A DNA stretch of 38,989 nt. Source: a virus. Made by a program: the position numbers and the translations under genes. Where the stretch lies: the IMG/VR virus record IMGVR_UViG_3300033128_000043, positions 79,639-118,627 of that record; one strand, given 5' to 3'. Numbering within the stretch: position 1 is the first letter of the stretch; each line of letters opens with the position of its first letter. The notes beneath the pieces are model-generated. The model was not told the origin of the DNA. It was given only the letters and a program-made list of their open reading frames with translations, and ran no database searches. This document shows positions 1 through 9,350 of the stretch, one piece after another.

Positions 1-733
1 TATACTTGAATTTAATGTTATTAGACACGGTGGTAAGTCGCTCAATTGGTATCTCAACTTCTACCACCTTCCCAAACCTCACAAAGTCGTAACGGTATTT
101 GTAAGGCAATTCTCCGTATAGAAGGAAGCAAGCCATTCCGTATATAGGTAGCTGATCCTTCCGCATGGTTGCTGCTGGACTGTAGGGCTTGGATGTCTTG
201 TAATCAGTGACCACTAACCCTTTATCATCTCTCTCCAGCTTATCGATAAACCCTTTAATTGGACGTGTTTGATTTTGAATATCAATCTTAAATTCAACCT
301 CTAGTCCAACTAGCTTTGACCAATCCATGTTGGGTATGTTCTCAATGTATATCTTTCCCTGCGCATAGTACTCATCACGTTTCTCAATAGAAGGGAAGGA
401 GATTAGAGGAAATGCATTGTCATACAACATGAGCATTTTCTCTACATCCAACTCTTCTCTCTTCTCCATTAGCTGGTTACCGTAACAGTTTAATAGGCCC
501 TGCATGTCATGTGGCTTTGGGTCTTTCGCAAGCGTGAAAGGAAAATCATTTCCCTTCAGCATCCTTGGATAAAACTCAACAAGAAAGTGCATTAGAAGAC
601 CAAAATCGGCATAGAACGTCTCAGTGCCGACTTGTTTTGGTCGCGTAGGATCTAAGTATTGGAAATAGTACGATCTAGGGCATTGACTAAACCTATCAAG
701 TGCGGAGTTAGAAAGCTGCCTTATTTCTCTCAT
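1..733 (-). CDS. PD-(D/E)XK nuclease (AddB/Cas4-like), 3' end outside window
   Basis: Own translation: MREIRQLSNSALDRFSQCPRSYYFQY...FGLLMH...GLEVEF...IKGFIDKLERDDKGLVVTDYKTSK...DQLPIY; missing from the ORF track because it runs off the edge. Confidence 0.85.
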   Translation of the reverse strand, partial: MREIRQLSNSALDRFSQCPRSYYFQYLDPTRPKQVGTETFYADFGLLMHFLVEFYPRMLKGNDFPFTLAKDPKPHDMQGLLNCYGNQLMEKREELDVEKMLMLYDNAFPLISFPSIEKRDEYYAQGKIYIENIPNMDWSKLVGLEVEFKIDIQNQTRPIKGFIDKLERDDKGLVVTDYKTSKPYSPAATMRKDQLPIYGMACFLLYGELPYKYRYDFVRFGKVVEVEIPIERLTTVSNNIKFKY

Positions 734-749
734 AGGTGTATGTCTACTC

Positions 750-1394
750 CTAATAGTCGAATCCGCTAATGAATCTAGTTGAGACCAGTTTCTGTCGGCT
801 CGCAATAAAATCTGCTAAATGGACTGCTTTTTGTACTGGTGTTTCTGGTTTGATTCCGCCAACACTTGTCCATTTACCCTCTTTTAGATTCCCCATATGT
901 CTCTCAATTGCACTCATAACGGTTTCAAATGCATCCAGAGAAACTAAGTCTTGTCCAATATACCCTTCTGAATGTTTGTATCCAAAATAGGCTCTAGGCA
1001 TGAATGGGTGCATATCAATATACCTGTAATCAAAATCAATGCCATACTTAAGAATGTCATGGCATAGAAGAGCAGCAATCGCGCAGTCTGTTTCCTCATC
1101 GCTTAATTCGAAAGTGGCTGCTAACTCGTTAACAACCTCGGTTCCCATAACCACGTGTCGGATTAAACCACCTACGTCTGTAGACCAATCACCATGAAAT
1201 TTTCCTGATACAGAGGCAGGTACCACAAAATAGTAATCCGGTGCCTTTTCCCACATAGCAGAAACCATGTCTCTGACATCGGATGATCCGATAAGCGCAA
1301 GACACTGATCTAAGTAATTAAATGCGGTGTATTTATAATCTCGAACTGCTTCCTTTGTTAAAGTTTTTTCTTTTCCTTTTACTGTAATAATCAA
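750..1394 (-). CDS. HD-domain phosphohydrolase
   Basis: PAS..GKFH...GGLIRH, LCHD..K, IERHMG and VHLADFIAS motifs. Confidence 0.8.
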   Translation of the reverse strand: MIITVKGKEKTLTKEAVRDYKYTAFNYLDQCLALIGSSDVRDMVSAMWEKAPDYYFVVPASVSGKFHGDWSTDVGGLIRHVVMGTEVVNELAATFELSDEETDCAIAALLCHDILKYGIDFDYRYIDMHPFMPRAYFGYKHSEGYIGQDLVSLDAFETVMSAIERHMGNLKEGKWTSVGGIKPETPVQKAVHLADFIASRQKLVSTRFISGFDY

Positions 1395-1406
1395 AATATT
1401 TCCTCC

Positions 1407-1721
1407 TTATTTATAAGCGGGATGGTCTTGGATGCTGCTTTCTTTCTCTTCTTCATCAGTAGATAAAATTTTAACTGTGACTGCTAATACATTAGAAAAC
1501 CTCACAATAGTAGTGGCCCCATTATCTGATCTAGGGAAAATGGTACTTCCCCCACTAACCATCAATTTCGAATAGGTACTAACTAAAAATTGTTCATATT
1601 GTTCTTTTGTCGCAGTTACTGTTTGCCCATCTTCTTGCTGTATTTGAACTTTACCTACGGTCCACATAATATCTAATGTCTCATCATGCATTTTCAATGA
1701 AACGAGTGCGTGCAAACCCAT
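1407..1721 (-). CDS. hypothetical protein
   Basis: 104-aa ORF tightly packed in the operon. Confidence 0.65.
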   Translation of the reverse strand: MGLHALVSLKMHDETLDIMWTVGKVQIQQEDGQTVTATKEQYEQFLVSTYSKLMVSGGSTIFPRSDNGATTIVRFSNVLAVTVKILSTDEEEKESSIQDHPAYK

Positions 1722-1722
1722 A

Positions 1723-2823
1723 TCAATCCACCCCCACTACACAATCTTTAGGTGACTTATCAGGACGCAATCTTTTGAATTGAGGGTGCTTGAATTTCAA
1801 ATCTTTTGTCCGTACATGAGCCATGATTTCTAAGCAAGTACCAATAAATTCATTTGGTTCTGTGGACATTTTCTTGCGTATATTTTCAGGAAACCCTGAG
1901 CAAAACCCAACGGGCAGCAATTCGCCTGCTTCAGTGTATTGGGCAAACTCAATTGCACCAATCCATGAATTAAAGTAATACTTGGTTACAGGAGTAATTG
2001 CAGTATTGGTACCATTAGCGTGATCTTCTGCCTCTTTACTACCTCCCGATAACTCAAGGAGGTTCCCGTCCGAATCTTCCCAATAGCGCCATTGTTCGAT
2101 TTCTTTTCCTGTGTACTCTCTGACAGGAGGCTTAAAACCGGTTATTACTACATCCGATGTAATTTCTCTTTTCACCTTTACCCAATTCCATCGAGGCTTT
2201 TTGTCAGGCGTGTATTTACCCTCAATATTTTTGAGCATGATTCCTTCGCCGCCAGAATCTAATACTTGCTGTAGAAGGTCCGATTTCTTTTGGGGGCTCG
2301 CTGTGTACTGTGAAAGCTCAACAAAGGGTGATTCACTAAACAGCTCTGTGAAAAACCTTTCTAAATGCGCCCTCCTTATTTTCCAAGGCAAGTCAATTAA
2401 CCAATCACCTTTTTCATCACGCAAGATGTCGTAGATGCAGTAGGATAGGTAACCTGACTTTTCTTGTCGTTCAATTGCCTTTTCAGGTAAGCAACCTGTA
2501 ATTTCTGTGACTGCGTTTGAATTTTTTCCTGGGAAGTATAATTCACCGTCCAGTATTAAGTTAGGGTATTGCTTAAATATCTCATGTAGGTGCGGGATGT
2601 TTGCGGTCTTCTCTACAGGCAGGCCATCAGCTTTAGATAGGTTTCGACCAAAAAACCTACCGCCGATGCTCAATTGCCTGATACCGTCCATCTTCTCCTC
2701 AGCAACATAGCTTGGGTCTTGCATGAGTTTTTCTAACTTTTCGGGTTCTTTTACAGATGTCCCGCCCATAGGCATTACAACTGTCTCCAACGGATAATCT
2801 CTCAATTTACTGGCTCCCTTCAA
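1723..2823 (-). CDS. ATP-dependent DNA ligase (true start possibly TTG at 2805)
   Basis: EEKMDGIR (KxDG), LDGELY, YDIL, EGIMLK and WVKVK ligase motifs; AAGGGAG precedes TTG 2805. Confidence 0.92.
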   Translation of the reverse strand: MKGASKLRDYPLETVVMPMGGTSVKEPEKLEKLMQDPSYVAEEKMDGIRQLSIGGRFFGRNLSKADGLPVEKTANIPHLHEIFKQYPNLILDGELYFPGKNSNAVTEITGCLPEKAIERQEKSGYLSYCIYDILRDEKGDWLIDLPWKIRRAHLERFFTELFSESPFVELSQYTASPQKKSDLLQQVLDSGGEGIMLKNIEGKYTPDKKPRWNWVKVKREITSDVVITGFKPPVREYTGKEIEQWRYWEDSDGNLLELSGGSKEAEDHANGTNTAITPVTKYYFNSWIGAIEFAQYTEAGELLPVGFCSGFPENIRKKMSTEPNEFIGTCLEIMAHVRTKDLKFKHPQFKRLRPDKSPKDCVVGVD

Positions 2824-2878
2824 AATAAATCAATAAATCTATTTGTATATAAATAAATTTATTAACTTGTTTACCTGC
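2824..2878. repeat. 4-bp-periodic AT-rich array
   Basis: ATAA ATCA ATAA ATCT ATTT GTAT ATAA ATAA ATTT ATTA ACTT GTTT ACCT; similar arrays near 16045, 26149 and 34716. Confidence 0.55.
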
Positions 2879-2889
2879 TCGATAGAAAG

Positions 2890-2916
2890 AGTGGGTACAA
2901 GCTTTCATGAGTTGCA
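2890..2916 (-). promoter_or_regulatory. Putative element-specific promoter TGCAAC-N17-CACT upstream of the ligase
   Basis: One of seven copies with an exact 17-nt spacer. Confidence 0.7.
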
Positions 2917-3411
2917 TAGATTAATATTTTTCTCTTTCATTAGCTGTACTTGTTTACTGATTTTCTTCTTAGCTCGGTTCACGGTAACTTGGATGGTTCC
3001 CTTTGCTACTCCAAAAAGCTCAGCACATTTACTAAAGGACATTTCTTCAACTACAATGCACATGTAAATCTCACGCTCTCTCTTCGTTAAATGCTGCATC
3101 GCAGTTTCAATCCTATTCATATCGAAACTACTTATCTTGTACTCAACTTCCTCTATCGTAGGGGAAGCATAGAACGCTAAATTACATAAAATATCCTCGG
3201 ATATTGGTACTGTTTTTTGAGCAAGGGATCTTCGTTCTAGTGGCCTTTTTAACTCTGGCTGCCGCTTATTTTTCATCCAACTAACAGAGTACTCAAGATC
3301 GCTGATTATTCTCGAAACTGCGTTAAAGTCTCTATTGGTTGCATCCATTTGCTTATGCATCTGTTTCACGTAAGTTAGTGTGTCGGTATACTCAAGTATC
3401 AGGTCATTCAC
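2905..3411 (-). CDS. Xpf-like positive control factor (sigma-70 region 4 HTH)
   Basis: ISDLEYSVSWM..KRQPELKRPLERRS resembles PBSX Xpf; C-terminal LTKREREIY...MSFSKCAELFGVAKGTIQVTVNRAKKKI. Confidence 0.85.
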   Translation of the reverse strand: MNDLILEYTDTLTYVKQMHKQMDATNRDFNAVSRIISDLEYSVSWMKNKRQPELKRPLERRSLAQKTVPISEDILCNLAFYASPTIEEVEYKISSFDMNRIETAMQHLTKREREIYMCIVVEEMSFSKCAELFGVAKGTIQVTVNRAKKKISKQVQLMKEKNINLCNS

Positions 3412-3458
3412 TATCTACTGCGCCTCCTATAACCCCTAAAATTCACCGGTAATAAAAG

Positions 3459-3485
3459 AGTGGGAAGGCGGGCGGTACGGTTGCA
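3459..3485 (-). promoter_or_regulatory. Putative element-specific promoter TGCAAC-N17-CACT upstream of the Xpf-like gene
   Basis: Motif copy immediately after a terminator. Confidence 0.72.
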
Positions 3486-3489
3486 AAAT

Positions 3490-3516
3490 AAAAAAAAGAC
3501 AGCCGATGGCTGCCTC
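3490..3516 (-). terminator. Intrinsic terminator
   Basis: GAGGCAGC-CATCG-GCTGTCTT followed by a U tract on the minus strand. Confidence 0.7.
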
Positions 3517-3537
3517 ATCTATTTAAATTTCTTTGTT

Positions 3538-3900
3538 TCAATAGGGCACTACTTGTACCCGTAAACCCTTTTCTTTTGCTAGATCAATCATGTGCTTTGT
3601 ACCACGGCTTTTTCCATCCCAAAATGCCATTAATGCGTGAGATGTTTCAGCCATTTGCTTGTTTCGAATATATCCTGCTGACTTACCATATGTGTCCCAA
3701 TCAGCAGGATAGGCACTCACCTCAAGCCCACGCTCTTTCGCATACAACTCACCAAGAGAGTCTGCCCCTCTAGCTTTACCTGAAACTATAACTACTTCGT
3801 CTACTTGCCTATTACGGAGCACATAATCAAGGTTTGTTTTAAGCAGGACATAATCATTGAAATCCCTTCCACCAGCAACAATCACCCTCAATTTTCTCAT
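3538..3900 (-). CDS. DUF2493/YspA-like SLOG family protein
   Basis: VIVAGGRDF, IVSGKARGAD, AGYIRNKQM and AFWDGKSRGTKHMI motifs. Confidence 0.88.
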   Translation of the reverse strand: MRKLRVIVAGGRDFNDYVLLKTNLDYVLRNRQVDEVVIVSGKARGADSLGELYAKERGLEVSAYPADWDTYGKSAGYIRNKQMAETSHALMAFWDGKSRGTKHMIDLAKEKGLRVQVVPY

Positions 3901-5375
3901 TTCATGTCCTCTTCGTTAGAATCGTCTACTGTCTTTGGATTAGTAACAAGACCACCATGATAATTACCTGCGTCTAAGCGGACGTAAGCCCCGTGCCCCT
4001 TCGCTTTATACGCTCTACCTTTCTCGGCACGTTCTACTGTAAACTTGATTTCATTTCCATTAGAATCAGTACATTTAATAATGTCGCCCGCCCGCACCTC
4101 CGTAGGTTGTGGGGCATGAAGATACTCGCTAGATACCGTCATACCTAATGCCCGCCTTAAAGCAATAGCCTTACCTATATGGACATTGAAACATTCAGTA
4201 GGCATGCATTTGGCTATCCCACGAAAGGACACTCGCTTTTTCCTATCTCCCCACCTTGAAATGTAGGTAATCAAAACAGTAACCGTACGTTTATCTTTAT
4301 TAACATAAACTTCAACTGATTCCGTTGATGGACTAAAAGCTGCTACCCCACCTCCCACTGAAGGGCACCCTGGCCGATAAGTTGTACTCAGTTCCTTAAA
4401 ATCGGACTTAGCTCTTTCAACAATTTGCTCACGTTTAAGTTGAATCGGACTTCTATTCAATTTATGGGTTTCTAATTTCATAGTGACTTTACCTAAGCCA
4501 GGTGATTTTTCTTGGCTAAGATGAGTCCTTGAATCATCAATAATCCTCCCCTTTTCAGAAGCATAAGAACTCAGTGCTGCCTCGTTATTTGGGGCTGATA
4601 CATATTGGGTGTCCGGTACGATTGTCGTAACCTTTAAACCACCAAACACCCCTCTATACTCAACCACATCACCTACACGCACTTCTGTGGGGTTCGGTAC
4701 GTTTAGAAACTCGTAAGGTACTTCGAGTCCTAATGCACGTAACAATGCAATAGCCTTACCTATGTGTTCATTAAAACAATCGCCAGATGCGCATTTGGCA
4801 ATTCCTTTAGAAAGTACACCACTGTTCTGAATCGATTTACGTAAAGCAACGACGGTCCTTTTTTCGGCATTTACGATAAATTCGTGTTTGCGTGTGAAGT
4901 CTCTTCTACCCCAAGCCTCTATATCTTCCTTCGCTTTCGCTACGATCTCATCCCGCTTCTGTTGATCTGACCGAGTATCCACTTTAAAAGCAAGTCCATT
5001 AGAGCTAAACCGTCCTGTAACAGCCCCTACAGCATTGAAATCTGGGGATAGGGCCCTATTGTACAATTCTCTAATTCTACCCATAACTTGACTATTTAGA
5101 GAAATCAATGACTCTAAGTCCATATGATTCAAATCTGGTGTTGGTGTGTATTTTTGAATTATTACTTCATAATCTGCCTCCCAAATGATACCTTTATTGC
5201 TAGGTCCGAATACGCCAGAAGGGGCGATACTCTCTACAATAACAACATCTCCGTCCTTATAAGATGGGTTAGGTGTTTTGCTGTTGTTGATGATTAGAAT
5301 AAACTCACCTACATTTGCAATCCTTTTCTCAGTCTTATACTGAGTAGTCGTGTTTATATTAGCTTGTTTAGTCAT
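3897..5375 (-). CDS. Phage hypothetical protein with an internally duplicated domain
   Basis: KRTV..L...GIAKC...CFN.HIGKAIAL.RALG..V..E.L..P.PTEVR.GD occurs twice. Confidence 0.8.
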   Translation of the reverse strand: MTKQANINTTTQYKTEKRIANVGEFILIINNSKTPNPSYKDGDVVIVESIAPSGVFGPSNKGIIWEADYEVIIQKYTPTPDLNHMDLESLISLNSQVMGRIRELYNRALSPDFNAVGAVTGRFSSNGLAFKVDTRSDQQKRDEIVAKAKEDIEAWGRRDFTRKHEFIVNAEKRTVVALRKSIQNSGVLSKGIAKCASGDCFNEHIGKAIALLRALGLEVPYEFLNVPNPTEVRVGDVVEYRGVFGGLKVTTIVPDTQYVSAPNNEAALSSYASEKGRIIDDSRTHLSQEKSPGLGKVTMKLETHKLNRSPIQLKREQIVERAKSDFKELSTTYRPGCPSVGGGVAAFSPSTESVEVYVNKDKRTVTVLITYISRWGDRKKRVSFRGIAKCMPTECFNVHIGKAIALRRALGMTVSSEYLHAPQPTEVRAGDIIKCTDSNGNEIKFTVERAEKGRAYKAKGHGAYVRLDAGNYHGGLVTNPKTVDDSNEEDMK

Positions 5376-5725
5376 TACGCATTTATCCCTTCTATACGTA
5401 TTTCAAGTGCATCTAAAGTTTTTCTAATACCTGATTCAACCCCTGAGGTGTAATAGGAAATTCTACTTTCAGGAGTACTTGCTTCATGTGCGGCTACATT
5501 TTCATCGTAGTAGTCTTTTACCTTATCTAAGGATGGTTGATGACGGATCACCTCATACCCATTGATGAGTGCTGCGGCAAGTTGCATTTTAGTCAAATCA
5601 TTAAGAACATACTGCCACCTCTGAAAATTACCATGTCCATTTAAAATCTCTTCATCGTCTAAGGCATCTTCTTGGCGAAAATGCTCTATAGCTTCCGCCT
5701 GATCTTCTGTAATTTTCACTTTCAT
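5375..5725 (-). CDS. hypothetical phage protein (DUF1642-like)
   Basis: GGAGG RBS before ATG 5725; KVKITEDQAEAIE...LAAALINGYEV pattern. Confidence 0.65.
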   Translation of the reverse strand: MKVKITEDQAEAIEHFRQEDALDDEEILNGHGNFQRWQYVLNDLTKMQLAAALINGYEVIRHQPSLDKVKDYYDENVAAHEASTPESRISYYTSGVESGIRKTLDALEIRIEGINA

Positions 5726-5936
5726 TTCAATACCTCCAATAACCCTTCTATTTGATTTTTTGCAAAGTGCCTCCATTCAGGCATGCACTGATCCATAAGC
5801 TCTACATTAGAAAAAAGTAGACGAAACATCGCAGCAGTTGCAGTCTTTCGTTCAGCCTTCAATTTCTCGTTCTCAGATATGACCTCAGCCAGTGCCTGGC
5901 GTAGCTCTAGATTTTCTCTCTCTCTAGGTGTTGCAT
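5722..5936 (-). pseudogene. ~70-aa coiled-coil ORF frameshifted in a (GA)n tract
   Basis: ATG 5936 stops after 9 codons; removing one GA gives MQHLERENLELRQALAEV...LLEVLK* whose TGA overlaps the next ATG. Confidence 0.5.
5816..5842 (-). promoter_or_regulatory. Putative element-specific promoter TGCAAC-N17-TACT
   Basis: Motif copy ~90 nt upstream of ATG 5725. Confidence 0.5.
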
Positions 5937-5944
5937 AATCTAAT

Positions 5945-6727
5945 TCACTGTCCTTCCATAGAAGACACGATTTTAGACAAATCTTCGTTTATTCTTTTAA
6001 TGGCATTCCTTGTTGATGTCGGGAGGTTGCTTCTGATCAAACCTTTTACATGCTTTGGTATTTCAGATGGATTAAATACATAGATACCTAGGTTGTTTAA
6101 AAGGACTTCAACCTCTCTAGCTGCCTCCGCATCTTTTGAGAGCAATCTATTTTCCTTCTCTAATCGGTCTACTTTTTTTTGGAGACTGTCTACTTCCTTC
6201 GCCAGCTTTGTTTTAACAGCTTTGCCGAGTCCTTTATTTCCGCTTTTATTTTCAACGTACTCTTTAAAATACTCGACCTTGCTATTAAAAAAGGGATAAC
6301 TCGTACTGTCTACGCGATTCATCAGAAGGTAATAGAGCATATTTTCAGGCAGATTGATTTGCCTGAAAATAGGGGCTCTTTTTGTATATAATGTTCCTTT
6401 GTCTGGGTTGAAATAGATTAATCCCACGTTCTTTGGTAACTCATCGGGTGAGATTAATCCTTTAGGGCAGACAAATGAGAATCGATTGGTCATTTCTAAG
6501 TAAGCAGGCCATTTGGTGTCCCTTAAAAAATCATTCCTACTTACCTTAATTTCATATCCTGATATACAAGGCTTGCTCCAGCTCTTTGCTACAGCAAGTG
6601 CATCAATCACTTTTAACCCCGTCATTGTGGGTCCATTTTTAACCTCAGTTAAAAACAGGTCTAATCGATGCCGTACACTTAATGCTTTCTTAATGTCTTG
6701 GGATCGTACTTTAGGCTGCTGCGTCAT
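5945..6727 (-). CDS. MmcB-like PD-(D/E)XK endonuclease with coiled-coil C-terminus
   Basis: IDALAV...GYEIKVSRNDFLRD.KW..Y....RFSFVCP; start placed at MTQQPK rather than 6907. Confidence 0.75.
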   Translation of the reverse strand: MTQQPKVRSQDIKKALSVRHRLDLFLTEVKNGPTMTGLKVIDALAVAKSWSKPCISGYEIKVSRNDFLRDTKWPAYLEMTNRFSFVCPKGLISPDELPKNVGLIYFNPDKGTLYTKRAPIFRQINLPENMLYYLLMNRVDSTSYPFFNSKVEYFKEYVENKSGNKGLGKAVKTKLAKEVDSLQKKVDRLEKENRLLSKDAEAAREVEVLLNNLGIYVFNPSEIPKHVKGLIRSNLPTSTRNAIKRINEDLSKIVSSMEGQ

Positions 6728-9284
6728 TTGAATCATCATCCTCATCTTCTTCTTTAAACATGCCAAGCTCGTACTCATAACCAAGTTGCTTCTCCATTTT
6801 GGTTTCAACTTCCTCAGCAAATATGACTTTCCAATCCAATTCACCTGAAGCAATTTTGCCAACTTGCTCTGGTGAAAACTTTCCTCCCCAATAAGGAGAA
6901 ACTTCAATATCGGATTTAAATGTCACACCCAAATGTTCTGTTGGGATAGCATTTTGCATGACTTGAGCCAACTCTTTCAAAGCAGAGTACTCTACATTTT
7001 CTGGTATATCGAATACAAGCTCATCGTGAACTTGTAAAAGAAGATGGATGTCGTGAACCTCTAGTACTGATTTATAGTTGTTTGTTAGCCATTCGAGACG
7101 ATCAAAGCACCGCGTACCATCAGGGCGTGTTGGGTAGAAAAGATCGACCATAGCCTTTTTAACCTGGTCTGCGGAAGTCCCTTGGATACCTGTGTTAGTT
7201 GCCTGTCTTTTTACCTTTTCAAGTAAGTAATGCCAGTTGCGTTTCTTATACAAGTCTGATGATTTTGCTTCCGCAATAGTCTCACCAAACCTTCTCTTAC
7301 GTCCCAACACAGTCTCAACATAGGTGTCTTCCATTACTTTTCTATGGACCTCAGCCTCCCATGCTAGGTATCCTGGTAAGCTCGCTTTAAATGAATCTAT
7401 TAATTTCTTAGCCTCTTCTTTGGTGCCGTTTATTTGTGCAGCCAATCCAATCTCAGTGATGCCGTAAACAGTTCCGAATACCACGGACTTAGTACTTTTC
7501 CGTTTTGACTCGAACGTGGAAGCCAGCTTCGGCACCAACTCAGCTAAGTCACCCACCGCAACACCAGCTACTGTAAATGCATGGGCAATTTCAGGGGTGC
7601 CTTGCCATTTAGCCTTGATTTTTTCGATATTGTCGATAGTTTCCTTTTCGCTATCGCCTTCAAAGTTTCTAATTTGCTCAAACATGTCATAGTCAAAACC
7701 ATAAATTTGACACGTAATCCTACTGTGCATGTCCAGTCCTTTTGTATAAACCTCAAGTAGTGCAGGATCCTGAGTAAGTATCGCTAACCACCGCAACTCC
7801 TGCTGCGAGAAATCCAGAGAGGCCAATAGTCGCCCTTCGTCTGCACGGAAAGCGTACCGGATCAAATCAAATTTTGATGGTACTTGTTGAAGATTAGGCT
7901 CTTTACAGCTCATACGTCCGGTCCTAACTAATTGGTTATAGCTGCAGTGCACTTTCCCGTCCTTTGTTCCTTGTGCTTGAAGAGGTAGCTTATCGCAGAA
8001 AGCCTCAATTAACTTACTAAGTCCTCGATATTCTAGGATGTACTTAATAACGGGGTGGGTATTTTCATTCGCTTGAAGGGTTTTCTTATCAGTCTTCTTT
8101 TTAGGGACCTTCTTTTTAAGCTTTTTGTCGTACTCCATCACCTCTTCTAATATCCGATGGTCAACATAAAGCTTTTGAGCCAACTGTTTAGGTGAACTGA
8201 GTTTGAAAGGCTCTATAGCTGTGTAGGGCTCTTTATACTTTATTTTGTTCTTGGTTCTATTTTTTGTTTTTTCAAGTACAATTTCTTCACCTAAGTGAGA
8301 GTAAATCTCTTGCGTTATCTCCTGCAGTTTTTTCTTAAGTGCATCTCCTATATCTTTAGATAAGAAGTCACCATCTACTGCAATTCCCCTGCGCTCTGCA
8401 GTAGCAAGAACTGCTATTAATGGCATCTCAACTTCCCAGAAAAGTTTCTGGATACGGTCTAATTGGAATAATGGGTCGTACATAACTGATTTTTGGAACT
8501 CAAAAACTGCCTTAGTCATAAAGGTATCGTGACAAGCGTAATAAATCGCAAGTTTGTGAGGGATCTGGTCGAATGGGATTTTATCGAACATGCTACCGAA
8601 TTTAAACGTTGGTAACTTTGTTTCATCTTTGATGATTCCGCGTTTAATTAGATCAGGTAGGGCATAGCCTTTGTACCATTCTTTTAATCCTTTAAGGTGG
8701 TTTTCATTTAGCAATCCGCCAGCAATTACAGTATCCCAATGGATGTTAAATGTGATGTCTATGTTGCACCAGTTATAAAGGACATGTATATCAAATTTAC
8801 TGTTGGCCAAAACCAGCAGCTTATCTGCTTCAAAGAAAGGCTTAAGCGCTGAAACCACTTGATCCAAGGTTAATGTAGGAAGATGCTTAGACATTTCATG
8901 CTTAAATGGGCGCAGTGGAATATGGAAATGGTTATCATCCATAAATCCTAAAGAGATTGAAACGATCTCATCTTTAAATGGATTTAACCCGTATGTCTCA
9001 GTATCTAAGAATGTATAAGTCTTTGATTTGTTCCACATACGTTTATACATTTTGTAATGCTGTATAAGCTTATCCAGAAGTTCAGGCGTGTTTATTAAAC
9101 GGTAATTTTCCGGTACCTCAATGCTCTCCGCCAACTCCATTATTTGCTTTTCTTTTTTGTTAGGTCCTTTGCTGGCTTTTTTAACTTTTTCTTTTTCAAT
9201 GGTTCTTACTTCCCCTGCATCCTCTGGATGAGTCTTTAATTTATCCATTGCTTTTTCTAACTCTTTCTTAATATCCTCAGCCAT
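6711..9284 (-). CDS. Family A DNA polymerase (3'-5' exonuclease plus polymerase, no 5'-3' exonuclease)
   Basis: DTETYG exo I, KFD exo II, YACHD exo III; TGRMSCKEPNLQQVP, DFSQQELR, K...FG..YG and VHDELV motifs. Confidence 0.95.
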   Translation of the reverse strand: MAEDIKKELEKAMDKLKTHPEDAGEVRTIEKEKVKKASKGPNKKEKQIMELAESIEVPENYRLINTPELLDKLIQHYKMYKRMWNKSKTYTFLDTETYGLNPFKDEIVSISLGFMDDNHFHIPLRPFKHEMSKHLPTLTLDQVVSALKPFFEADKLLVLANSKFDIHVLYNWCNIDITFNIHWDTVIAGGLLNENHLKGLKEWYKGYALPDLIKRGIIKDETKLPTFKFGSMFDKIPFDQIPHKLAIYYACHDTFMTKAVFEFQKSVMYDPLFQLDRIQKLFWEVEMPLIAVLATAERRGIAVDGDFLSKDIGDALKKKLQEITQEIYSHLGEEIVLEKTKNRTKNKIKYKEPYTAIEPFKLSSPKQLAQKLYVDHRILEEVMEYDKKLKKKVPKKKTDKKTLQANENTHPVIKYILEYRGLSKLIEAFCDKLPLQAQGTKDGKVHCSYNQLVRTGRMSCKEPNLQQVPSKFDLIRYAFRADEGRLLASLDFSQQELRWLAILTQDPALLEVYTKGLDMHSRITCQIYGFDYDMFEQIRNFEGDSEKETIDNIEKIKAKWQGTPEIAHAFTVAGVAVGDLAELVPKLASTFESKRKSTKSVVFGTVYGITEIGLAAQINGTKEEAKKLIDSFKASLPGYLAWEAEVHRKVMEDTYVETVLGRKRRFGETIAEAKSSDLYKKRNWHYLLEKVKRQATNTGIQGTSADQVKKAMVDLFYPTRPDGTRCFDRLEWLTNNYKSVLEVHDIHLLLQVHDELVFDIPENVEYSALKELAQVMQNAIPTEHLGVTFKSDIEVSPYWGGKFSPEQVGKIASGELDWKVIFAEEVETKMEKQLGYEYELGMFKEEDEDDDSNDAAA

Positions 9285-9315
9285 GCTATTACTCCTCCCA
9301 GCTAGTATTAATCAA

Positions 9316-9341
9316 AAGAAAAGAGGCGAGAAATCGCCTCA
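9316..9341 (-). terminator. Intrinsic terminator between SSB and polA
   Basis: GAGGCGA-TTTC-TCGCCTC followed by TTTTCTTTT. Confidence 0.7.
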
Positions 9342-9350
9342 TTTAACTAA

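Noticed and set aside
1-733. Cas4 as part of a CRISPR-Cas system
   Set aside because: No cas1/cas2 or array; context is a phage replication/recombination operon
4995-5030. AVTGRFSS resembling the PolA TGRxSS motif in the 492-aa protein
   Set aside because: Isolated short match with no other polymerase motifs
6728-6907. N-terminal extension of the 5945-6907 ORF
   Set aside because: Overlaps the conserved polA C-terminus; a better RBS and start lie at 6727-6736
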